Assembly (NCBI GenBank): GCA_030390025.1
Contig: JASTWF010000348.1
Location: forward strand, 310,001-374,000
Direction: 5' to 3'
DNA from: Squalus acanthias
Taxonomy: Eukaryota
Length of the DNA: 64,000 bases
This document shows, piece by piece, positions 47,111 to 58,091 of this stretch (the stretch's first letter is position 1; each line of letters starts with the position of its first letter). The position numbers were made by a program, and so were the translations under genes. A model generated the notes under the pieces. The model did not search any database. It saw nothing but the letters and a program-made list of their open reading frames with translations, and had not been told where the DNA came from.

Positions 47111-47367
47111 CCAACACCAAGTCCCCCATCAGAGAGAGAGGAGGCCTTCACCCACTTTGACCTGGCTTTGACCCTAGGTCCCAGAGGATGAAAGGTCAGT
47201 GTCTGACCCCTCTGACCCCCACCCAGCCCCCCGCCCCCCAATCAGAGCGAGCAGTCCTTCATCTCCTCTGGGCTAGATTCGACCATAGTTCCTCGAATTT
47301 AAGGGACAGGAAGGGGAAAAGGTGATTAGAAGGCTGAAGGTGGTTGAGGGATGAAGCAGATCAGGAA

Positions 47368-47848
47368 AAAGGAAAGAAAGACTTACATTTATATAGCGCC
47401 TTTCATGACCAGCAGAGTCCCAAAGCGCTTTACAGCCAATGAAGTACTTTTTGAAGTGTAGTCGCCGTTGTAAAGTGGGAAACGCGGCAGCCAATTTGCG
47501 CACAGCAAGCTCCCACAAATAGCAATGTGATAATGCTCAGATAATCTGTTTTAGTGACGCTGATTGAGGGATAAATATTGGCCCCAGGACACCGGGGAGA
47601 ACTCCCCCCTGCTCTTCTTCGAAATAGTGGCCGTGGGATCTTTTACGTCCACCTGAGAGAGAGCAGACGGGGCCTCGGTTTAACGTCTCATCCGAAAGAC
47701 GGCACCTCTGACAGTGCAGCACTCCCTCAGCACGGGCGCCGCGAGTGTCAGCCTAGATTTTTGCGCTCAAGCCTCGGGAGTGGGACTTGAACCCACAACT
47801 TGTCTGACTCAGAAGCGAGGGTGCTAACCACTGAGCCAAGGCTGGCAT
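47368..47848 (-). mobile_element. Deu-domain SINE
   Basis: Reverse complement of 4322-4805 and 45108-45577. Confidence 0.88.
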
Positions 47849-47929
47849 CGTAGGAGCTGAAGCTGGTTATGGGGTGAAGGGTTATGGGGTGAAGGGTGAA
47901 GGGATGCAGATGTTATGGGGTGGAAAAAT

Positions 47930-49905
47930 GCCTTAAACATTGACTCCTTCCACCACCGGCGTACCGTGGCTGCAGTGTGTACCATCTACAAGATGCACTG
48001 CAGCAACTCGCCAAGGCTTCTTCAACAGCACCTCCAAAACCCACAACCTCTACCACCTAGAAGGACGAGGGCATCAGGCGCATGGGAACACCACCACCTC
48101 CAAGTTCCTCCTCCAAGTCACACACCATCCTGACTTGGAAATATCTCATCCGTACATACGACTTAGGAGCAGGAGTAGTCCACTCGGCCCTTCGAGCCTG
48201 CTCCGCCATTCAATAAGATCATGGCTGATCTGATTACTCCACATTCTCGCCTACCCCCGATAACCTTTCACCCCCTTGCTTACCAAGAATCTATCTACCT
48301 CTGCCTTAAAAATATTCAAAGACTCCGCTTCCACCGCCCTCTGAGGAAGAGAGTTCCAAAGACTCGCGACCCTCTGAGAGAAAACATTTCTCCTCATCTC
48401 TGTCTTAAATGGGCGACCCCTTATTTTTAAACAGTGACCCCTAGTTCGAGATTCTCCCACAAGAGGAAACATCCTCTCCACATCCACCCTGTCCAGACCC
48501 CTCAGGATCTTACATGTTTCAATCAAGTCACCTCTTACTCTTCTAAACTCCAGCGGATACAAGCCTAACCTGTCCAACCTTTCCTCATAAGACAACCCGC
48601 CCATTCCAGGTATTAGTCTAGTAAACCTTCTCTGAGCTGCTTCCCACGCATTTACATCCTTCCTTAAATAAGGAGACCAATACTGTACTCAGTACTCCAG
48701 ATGTGGTCTCACCAATGCCCTGTATAACTGAAGCATAACCTCCCTACTTTTGTATTCAATTCCCCTCGCAATAAACGATAACATTCTATTAGCTTTCCTA
48801 ATTACTTGCTGTACCTGCATAGTAACCTTTTGTGATTCATGCACTAGGACACCCAGATCCCTCTGCATCTCAGAGCTCTGCAATCTCTCACCATTTAGAA
48901 AATATGCTTCTTTTTTATTCTTCCTGCCAAAATGGACAACTTCACATTTTCCCACATTATACTCCATTTGCCAGATCTTTGCCCGCTCACTTAACTTATC
49001 TATATCCCTTTGTAGCCTCCTTATGTCCTCTTCACAATTTACTTTCCTACCTATCTTTGTGTCATCAGCAAATTTAGCAACCACACCTTCGGTCCCTTCA
49101 TACAAGTCATTTATATAAATTGTAAAAAGTTGAGGCCCCAGCACTGCTCCCTGTGGCACATCACTCGTTACATCTTGCCAATCAGAAAATGACCCATTTA
49201 TGCCTACTCTCTGTTTCCTGTTAGCTAGCCAATCTTCTATCCATGCCAATATGTTACCCCCTACACCATGAGCTTTTATTTTCCGCAATAACCTTTGATG
49301 TGGCACCTTATCAAATGCCTTCTGGAACTCTAAGTACAGTACATCCACCGGTTCCCCTTTATCCACAGCACATGTTACTTCCTCAAAGAACTCCAATAAA
49401 TTGGTTGAACATGATTTCCCTTGCACAAAACCATGTTGACTCTGGCTGACTACTTTGAACTTTTCTAAATGCCCTGCTATAACGTCTTTAATAATAGCTT
49501 CTGACATCTTCCCTATGATAGATGTTAAGCTAACTGGCCTGTAGTTTCCTGCTTTCTGCCTCCCTCCCTTTTTGAATAAAGGAGTTACATTCGCTATTTA
49601 CCAATCTAAAGGAACCTTCCCCGAATCTAGGGAATTTTGGAAAATTAAAACCAACGCATCAACTATCTCACTAGCCACTTCTTTTAAGACCCTAGGATGA
49701 AGTCCATCTCGGCCGTTCCTTCATCGTCGCTGGGTCAAAATCCTGGAACTCCCTCCCCGACAGCACTGTGGGAGTACCTTCACCACACGGACTGCAGCGG
49801 TTCAAGAAGGCGGCTCACCACTACCTTCTCAAGGGCAACTAGGGATGGGCAACAAATGCTGGCCTTGCCAGTGTTGTCCACATCCCATGAACGAATAAAT
49901 TTTAA
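47930..49905 (+). mobile_element. Non-LTR 3' fragment (second family; 47930-48145 and about 49705-49905) hosting a CR1
   Basis: The two halves join colinearly with 33420-33830. Confidence 0.8.
48155..49705 (-). mobile_element. Longest CR1 fragment in the window, with RT core
   Basis: QHGF..SC.TNLLEFF, FQKAFDKVPH, VPQGAVLGPQLFTIYINDL, KFADDTK; premature stop at 48689. Confidence 0.94.
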
Positions 49906-50119
49906 AAAAGGGTTCTGGGGTGCAAATGTTTAGGGGTAAAGGTGGTCAGGGAGTGAAGGGGATTCGGGGGTGAAGGTGTTTAGGGGTTAAGGTGATGAAG
50001 GCACGCAGTCTGAGGTTTATGAAATATTCAATGTTAATGGGAGGGAGGCTCAGGGGGCGCACATCCAAACCAGTGGAAGGGGAAGCTAACACGAACTGAA
50101 GAAAGAATGTCCTCCCTTT

Positions 50120-50960
50120 AAGGAGGGCAAGGGAATACACTATAACTGGTAGGACACTGAGAAGTGCAGAGGATCAGAGGGACCTTGGAGTGCATGTCCA
50201 CAGATCCCTGAAGGTAGCAGGACAGGTAGATAAGGTGGTTAAGAAGGCATACGGGATACTTGCCTTTATTAGCCGAGGCATAGAATATAAGTCGCACAAC
50301 ACCAGGTTATAGTCCAACAGTTTTATTTGACTGTTGGACTATAACCTGGTGTTGTGCGACCTCTCAATTTTGTCCACCCCAGTCCAACACCGGCATCTCC
50401 GCATCATAGAATATAAGAGCAGGGAGGTTATGCTAGAACTGTATAAAACACTAGCTAGGCCGCAGCTAGAGTACTGTGTGCAGTTCTGGTCACCACATTA
50501 CAGGAAGGATGTGATTGCACTAGAGAGGGTGCAGAGGAGAATTACGAGGATGTTGCCTGGACTGGAGAATTTTAGCTATGAGGAAAGATTGGATAGGCTG
50601 GGGTAGTTTTCTTTGGAACAGAGGAAGCTGAGGGGAGATTTAATTGAGGTGTATAGAATTATGACGGGCCTAGATAGAGTGGATAGGAAGGAACTATTTC
50701 CCTTTGCAGAGGGGTCAATAACCAGGGGGCACAGATTTCAAATAATCGGTAGGAGGTTTAGTGGGGATTTGAGCAGAAATCTTTTCACCCAGAGGGTGGT
50801 GGGGGTCTGGAACTCACTGCCTGAAAGGGTGGTAGAGGCAGAAACCCTCATCACATTGAAAAAGTACTTGGATGTGCACTTGAAGTGCCGGAACCTACAG
50901 GGCTACCGACCAAGAGCTGGAAAGTGGGATTAGGCTGGATAGCTCTTTGTCGGCCGGCAT
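50120..50960 (+). mobile_element. CR1 LINE copy interrupted at 50292-50404
   Basis: CR1 motifs on both sides of the insertion. Confidence 0.92.
50292..50404. mobile_element. Minimal fold-back Penelope-type insertion
   Basis: 13-bp TSD CATAGAATATAAG (50279-50291, 50405-50417); 31-bp inverted arms plus the same tail in reverse orientation. Confidence 0.8.
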
Positions 50961-51152
50961 GGAACATGGAATCCATTGCCACAGGGAATGCTTGAGGCAG
51001 AGGCCATTGCATCTCTTAAGGGAAAATTGGACAAATATTTGAATCAGATACAGGGCTATCGGAGAAAATGGAGAAGTGAGATTAGTTTGGTATCGATACA
51101 GGGCTATCGGGTTAGAATGGGGCAGTGGAATTTGTTTGGGATTTATACAGGA

Positions 51153-54100
51153 TCTGTAACTCACTCCCGGGTATCTGTTATCCTATATATAAACCACCCG
51201 AACCCCTCGATTAGATTCCAGCCTGTAACTCACTCCCGGGTATCTGTTATTCTATATATAAACCACCCCGAACCGCTCGATCAGATTCCAGCCTGTAACT
51301 CACTCCCGGGTACCTGTTATTCTATATATAAACCACCCCGAACCCCTCGATTAGATTCCAGCCTGTAACTCACTCCCAGTTATCTGTTATTCTATATATA
51401 AACCACCCCGAACACCTCGATTAGATTCCAGCCTGTAACTCACTCCCGGGTATCTGTTATTCTATATATAAACCACCCGAACCCCTCGATTAGATTCCAG
51501 CCTGTAACTCACTCCCGGGTATCTGTTATTCTATATATAAACCACCCTGAACCCCTCGATTAGATTCCAGCCTGTAAATCACTCCCGGGGATCTGTTATT
51601 CTATATCTTCTCTCTTAGGCAGTCCCTCGGAACCGAGGATGACTTGCTTCCACATTAAAAATGAGTTCTCAGGTGACTGATGAGTCCAATGCGGGACCTA
51701 CAGTCTCTGTCACAGGTGGGGCAGACGGTGGTTGAAGGGGTGGGTGGGTGGGGTGCTTAGGTTGACGTGCTCTCCTTGCACTGTTTGCGCTTGGCTTCCG
51801 CTTGCTCCCGGCGAAGAGGCTCGAGGTGTTCGGTGCCTTCCTGAATGCTTCTCCTCCACTTTGTGCGGTCTTGGGCCAGGGATTCCCAGGTGTCGGTGGG
51901 GATGTTGCACTTTTTCAAGGAGGCTTTGAGGGTGTCCTTGAAGCGTTTCCTCTGCCCACCTGGGGCTCTCTTGCCGTGCCGGAGCTCCGAGTAGAGCGCT
52001 TGTTTTGGGAGTCTCGTATCGGGCATGCGGACAATGTGACCCGTCCATCGGAGCTGATCGAGCATGGTCAAAGCTTCGATGCTGGGGATGTTGGCCTGAG
52101 CGAGAACACTGATGTTGGTGCGCCTATCCTGCCAATGGATTTGCAGGATCTTGCGGAGGCAGCGTTGGTGGTACCTCTCCAGTGCTTTGAGGTGCCTGCT
52201 GTACATGGTCCATGTCTCTGAGGCATACAGCAGGACGGGTATTACTACTGCTCTGTAGACCATGAGCTTAGTGCCAGGTTTGAGGTCCTGGTCTTCAAAC
52301 ACTCTCTTCCTCAGGCGACCGAAGGCTGCACTGGCACACATCGACGCCTGCCCTTGTTGACAGTAGGCTCCCGAGGTATGGAAAGTGGTCCACGTTGTCC
52401 AAGGCCTTGTCGTGGATTTTGATAATCGGGGGGCAGTACTGTGTGGCGGGAGCAGGTTGGTGGAGGACCTTTGTCTTACGGATGTTTAGTGTAAGGCCTA
52501 TGCTCTCGTACGCTTCGGTGAAGGTGTTGACGATGGTTTGGAGTGCAACCTCCGAGTGAGTGCAGACGCAAGCGTCGTCTGCATACTGTAATTCGACGAC
52601 AGAGGATGGGACGACCTTGGATCTGGACTGGAGGCGACGGAGGTTGAACAGTTTCCTGTTTGTTCTGTAAATTAGCTCCACTCCAGCAACCACCCGAACC
52701 CCTCGATTAGATTCCAGCCTGTAACTCACTCCCGGGTATCTGTTATTCTATATATAAACCACCCGAACCCCTCGATTAGATTCCAGCCTGTAACTCACTC
52801 CCAGGTATCTGTTATTCTATATATAAACCACCCCGAACCCCTCGATTAGATTCCAACCTGTAACTCACTCCCGGGTATCTGTTATTCTATATATAAACCA
52901 CCCGAACCCCTCGATTAGATTCCAGCCTGTAACTCACTCCCGGGTATCTGTTATTCTATATATAAACCACCCCGAACCACTCGATTAGATTCCAACCTGT
53001 AACTCACTCCCGGGTATCTGTTATTCGATATATAAACCCCCCGAACCCCTCGATTAGATTCCAGCCTGTAACTCACTCCCGGGTATCTGTTATTCTATAT
53101 ATAAACCACCCGAACCCCTCGATTAGATTCCAGCCTGTAACTCACTCCCGGGTATCTGTTGTTCTATATATAAACCCCCCGAACCCCTCGATTAGATTCC
53201 AGTCTGTAACTTACTCCCAGGTATCTGTTGTTCTATATATAAACCACCCGAACCCCTCGATTAGATTCCAGCCTGTAACTCACTCCCGGGTATCTGTTAT
53301 TCTATATATAAACCACCCGAACCCCTCGATTAGATTCCAGCCTGTAACTCACTCCCGGGTATCTGTTGTTCTATATATAAACCCCCCGAACCCCTCGATT
53401 AGATTCCAACCTGTAACTCACTCCCAGGTATCTGTTGTTCTATATATAAACCACCCGAACCCCTCGATTAGATTCCAGCCTGTAACTCACTCCCGGGTAT
53501 CTGTTATTCTATATATAAACCACCCGAACCCCTCGATTAGATTCCAGCCTGTAACTCACTCCCGGGTATCTGTTGTTCTATATATAAACCCCCCGAACCC
53601 CTCGATTAGATTCCAGTCTGTAACTTACTCCCAGGTATCTGTTGTTCTATATATAAACCACCCGAACCCCTCGATTAGATTCCAGCCTGTAACTCACTCC
53701 CGGGTATCTGTTGTTCTATATATAAACCCCCCGAACCCCTCGATTAGATTCCAGCCTGTAACTCACTCCCGGGTATCTGTTATTCTATATATAAACCACC
53801 CCTCACCCCTCGATTAGATTCCAGCCTGTAACTCACTCCCGGGTATCTGTTATTCTATATATAAACCACCCGAACCCCTCGATTAGATTCCAGCCTGTAA
53901 CTCACTCCCGGGTATCTGTTATTCTGTAGATAAAACCCCCGAACCACTCGATTAGATTCCAGCCTGTAACTCACTCTCGGGTATCTGTTATTCTATATAT
54001 AAACCCCCCGAACCCCTCGATTAGATTCCAGCCTGTAACTCACTCTCGGGTATCTGTTATTCTATATATAAACCCCCCGAACCCCTCGATTAGATTCCAG

Positions 54101-54312
54101 CCTGTAACTCACTCCCGGGTATCTGTTATTCTATATATAAACCCCCCCGAACCCCTCGATTAGATTCCAGCCCGTAACTCACTCCCGGGTATCTGTTATT
54201 CTATATATAAACCACCCGAACCCCTCGATTAGATTCCAGCCTGTAACTCACTCCCGGGTATCTGTTATTCTATATATAAACCCCCCGAACCCCTCGATTA
54301 GATTCCAGCCTC
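51153..54312. repeat. 69-bp minisatellite (51153-51606 and 52688-54312), split by an RTE
   Basis: CCTGTAACTCACTCCCGGGTATCTGTTATTCTATATATAAACCACCCGAACCCCTCGATTAGATTCCAG; period 69. Confidence 0.97.
51607..52688 (-). mobile_element. RTE-clade LINE 5'-truncated copy
   Basis: ELQYADDAC, GLTLNIRKTKV, FPYLGSLL, ASAAFGRLRKRVF, LLYASETW, QLRWTGHIVRM. Confidence 0.93.
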
Positions 54313-54529
54313 TAAACACACTCGCTTGCAATTTCTGTTCGATTTACAATAAATGTTACATTGGAACATAAACGTAAGTCAGAAATTCTGCGGAGTTGAT
54401 AAGCAAGACATTGCTAAGTGAAATGTACAGTCTGAGTGATAAACTCGGTGTACCTTTTAAAAGTCATTTTATGATTTGCCCGACAGTAAAGGCCTGCCCC
54501 TTTAAGGTATTTCCCCTGACCGGGTTCGG

Positions 54530-54720
54530 GGATTTCCAGTTGCAACATGACGGAATGGAAAAGGCCCCGCCCACCGCGCTGCCATTGGCCGGCGCGGACG
54601 GGAAGCCGGCCGCTGATTGGCGGCGGCCGCGTCAATCGAGATGTGGGGCGGGAGCCGGCCTCTTCCGGGTTTGCTGCCTAGGCCACGCCCCCCCACCCTC
54701 TGGCTGTAAAGTTCGGGCTC
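54530..54720. promoter_or_regulatory. Possible CpG-rich promoter-like segment
   Basis: Two GC boxes, two ATTGG (CCAAT) boxes, CTTCCGG and CCACGCCCC within about 150 bp of non-repeat sequence. Confidence 0.3.
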
Positions 54721-55216
54721 GGAAGTTTTCTGCCTTGCTGTTTGTGCTTCCCTATTGAGAGATGTCTGCGGATCAGAGTGGGGAGTAGGCAGCTGGGGTG
54801 GAGTGGGAGTGTGGGCAAGCACCCCCACGGTAAGTGGGTAAAGGCGAAGAGGGTACCAGGCTACCCAGCCTGCTTCGAAGTCCAGGGATCCAGGCACCCA
54901 GGAGGGACAGGGTTCAGGGCGAGGGCGACAGACTCCCAGTCCCTCCACCTCCTCGTACCCCTACATCAGCTAACAGAGGCCTGAGCAGGTAACGTTGACA
55001 GTCTCCGGTTCTCCTTCTCTTTCTCCTCCTCTCCTATCTCTTGCTGGGTTGGTGCTGGTGCGGAAAGGGTACGACTTCTGCTGGACTCACCCCCACCCTT
55101 CTGCGGCGTGATGTGTGTGTGCTGGGGGTGGCGGTGAAAGGGGGCAGGGTGGATAGGCCTGAGGGTATCGAAGCGGGGGCTCGTCCTGATTCCGTGGTTC
55201 CTAATCCAGCCAGAGC

Positions 55217-56502
55217 TCCAGGACCCCAGCTATTCACAATATACATTAATGATCTAGATAAGGGAACTAAATGTAATATCTCCAAGTTTGCAGATGACAC
55301 AAAGCTGGGTGGGAGTGTGTGCTGCGAGGAGGATACCGAGAAACTCCAGGATGATTTGGACAGGTTGGGTGAGTGGGCAGAAGCGTGGCAGAGGCAATAT
55401 AACGTGGATAAATGCGAGGTTATCCACTTTGGTGTCAAAAACAGAAAGGCAGACTATTATCTGAATGGCAATAGATTGGGAGAAGGGGAAGTGCAACGAG
55501 ACCTGGGTGTCCTTGTGCACCAGTCGCTGAAGGTAAGCATGCAGGTGCAGCAGGCGGTGAAGAAGGCAAATGGTATGTTGGCCTTCATAGCGAAAGGGTT
55601 TGAGTATAGGAGCAAGGATGTCCTGCTGCAGTTGTACAGGGCCTTGGTGAGACCACACCTTGAGTACTGTGTGCAGTTTTGGTCGCCTTATCTGAGGAAG
55701 GATGTTCTTGCCATGGAGGGAGTTCAGCGAAGATTCACAAGGCTGATACCTGGGATGGCAGAATCACACAGAATCCCCACAGTGCAGATAGAGGCCATTT
55801 CGGCCCATCGAGCCTGGACCGACACATATCCCACCCTATCCCCATAACCCCACGTATTTAATCCCCCCCTAACACTAAGGGTCAATTTATCATAGCCAAA
55901 TCAACCTAACCCGCACATCTTTGGACTGTGGGAGGAAACCGGAGCACCCGGAGGAAACCCATGCAGACACGGGGAGAATGTGCAAACTCCACACAGACAG
56001 TCACCCGAGGCCGGATTCGAACCCGGGTCTCTGGCGCTGTGGCAGGAATGACATATGAGGAGAGATTGGGTCGATTGGGCTTATACTCGCTGGAGTATAG
56101 AAGAATGAGAGGGGATCTCATCGAAACATATAAAATTCTGACAGGTCTGGACAACCTAGATGCAGGAAGAATGTTCCCGATGGTCGGAGAGTCCAGAACC
56201 AGGGGTCATAATCTAAGGATAAGGGGTAAGCCATTTAGGACAGAAATGAGGAAGAATTTCTTCACCCAGAGAGTGGTGAACCTGTGGAATTCTCCACCAC
56301 AGAAGGCAGTTGAGGCCAAGTCAGTAAATATATTCAAGAAGGAGTTAGATATATTTCTTAAAGCTATAGGGATCAAGGGATTTGGGGAGAAGGCAGGGAC
56401 AGGGTACTGAGTTTGGATGATCAGCCATGATCTCATCGAATGGCGGAGCAGGCTCGAGGGGCCGAATGGCCCACTCCTGCTCCTATCTTCTATGTTTCTA
56501 TG
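55217..56502 (+). mobile_element. CR1 LINE copy interrupted by a V-SINE
   Basis: GPQLFTIYINDLD..ISKFADDTKLGG; resumes at 56040. Confidence 0.93.
55762..56039 (-). mobile_element. V-domain SINE (HE1-like)
   Basis: B box GGTTCGAATCC, V core GTGGAGTTTGCACATTCTCCCCGTGTCTGCATGGGTTTCCTCCGGGTGCTCCGGTTTCCTCCCAC, CR1-type tail; short TSD TGGCAG. Confidence 0.87.
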
Positions 56503-56634
56503 TGGCACGGACCAGGGAGAGCGCAGGTTCCATCGCTTTTCCCCCCCCCCACCGGGCAGTCGGGGAGGGCTACAATTGGCCTCAGAAGCCCTTGGGTTGG
56601 AGAGGGGGGGCGGTAAAATCAAGGATCATACAAC

Positions 56635-57026
56635 AGCAACGGCAACGTAGTAAAACATCTCGAGGCGCTTCACAGGAGCGATTAGCAAACAAAATTAGAC
56701 ACCGAGCCACATGAGAAGATATTCGGACCGGTGACCAAAAGCTCGGGCAAAGAGAGAGGTTTTAAGGAGCGTCTTAAAGGAGGGGGGGAGAGGTATAGGG
56801 AGGGAATTCCAGAGCTTAGGGCCCAGGCAGCTGAAGCCACGGCCGCCAATGGTGGAGCGATTAAAACCGGGGATGCGCAAGAGGCCAGAATTGGAGGAGC
56901 GCAGAGATCTCGGAGGGGTTGTAGGGGCTGGAGGAGGTTACAGAGATAGGGAGGGGGGCGAGGCCATGGTGGGATTGAGGATGAGAATTTTAAAATCGAG
57001 GCGCTGCTTAACCGGGAGCCAATGTA
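56635..57026 (-). mobile_element. L2 LINE 3' fragment
   Basis: Reverse complement of the L2 3' region. Confidence 0.87.
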
Positions 57027-57029
57027 AAG

Positions 57030-57500
57030 TCGATACCAGAATTGAGAGGTTGTAACGATCAGGAAAGACTGAACAGGCCGGGGCTCTTTTCTCTTGAAAA
57101 GAGAAGGCTGAGGGGTGACCTGATCGAGGTCTTTAAGATTATGAAGGGATTTGCTAGGATAGCTGCAGAGAAAATGTTTCCACCTGTGAGGGAGACCAAA
57201 ACTAGGGGCTGTAAACATAAGATGGTCACGAATAAATCCAATGGGGAATTCAGGAGAAACTTCTTTACCCAGAGAGTGGTGAGAATGTGGAACTCGCTAC
57301 CACAGGGAGTGGTTGAGGCGAATATCGTAGATGTGTTTAAGGGGAAGCTGGATAAACACAGAAGGGAGAAAGGAATAGGAGGTTATGTTGATGGGGTGAG
57401 ATGAAGAAGTGGTGGGGAGAAGCCTGGTGTGGAGCATAAACACCAGCATAGGCCTGTTGGGCCGAATGGCCTGTTTCTGTGCTGTGAATTCGATGTAATT
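57030..57500 (+). mobile_element. CR1 LINE 3' fragment
   Basis: [37 protein letters not shown]. Confidence 0.9.
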
Positions 57501-57714
57501 CAGTGACTTCTGCTGGGCAGATCGTGGGGGGGAGCGGGGGTGGTCAGGTGAGGCCAGCATCCTCTTCATGGTCCAATATCTTCCCCGCACTCACTGTCTG
57601 GGTTGGGACGCGAGGAAAGGGGCCGGTTGGGCGAGGTACTGGAGGGTGGCGGCGGAGCAAGGGAGGGAGGAATGGAGGAGGAGGGTTGTCGGGCTGGAGA
57701 AGGTTACAGAGATG

Positions 57715-57886
57715 GGAGGGAAGGGGGCAGAGGGGAGGGAAGGGGGCAGAGGAGGGAAGGGGGCAGAGGAGGGAAGGGGGCAGAGGAGGGAAGGGGGCAG
57801 AGGAGGGAAGGGGGCAGAGGAGGGAAGGGGGCAGAGGGGAGGGAAGGGGGCAGAGGGAGGGAAGGGGGCGGAGGGAAGGGAAGAGG
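57715..57886. repeat. 17-bp purine-rich repeat at the contig end
   Basis: (GGGAAGGGGGCAGAGGA)n. Confidence 0.93.
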
Positions 57887-58086
57887 NNNNNNNNNNNNNN
57901 NNNNNNNNNNNNNNNNNNNNNNNNNNNNNNNNNNNNNNNNNNNNNNNNNNNNNNNNNNNNNNNNNNNNNNNNNNNNNNNNNNNNNNNNNNNNNNNNNNNN
58001 NNNNNNNNNNNNNNNNNNNNNNNNNNNNNNNNNNNNNNNNNNNNNNNNNNNNNNNNNNNNNNNNNNNNNNNNNNNNNNNNNNNNNN
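57887..58086. other. Assembly gap (200 N)
   Basis: Run of N of round length. Confidence 0.99.
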
Positions 58087-58091
58087 CCCCC

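Noticed and set aside
48689..49507. 272-aa RT ORF as an active or domesticated gene
   Set aside because: 5'-truncated CR1 with an in-frame stop and no endonuclease region.
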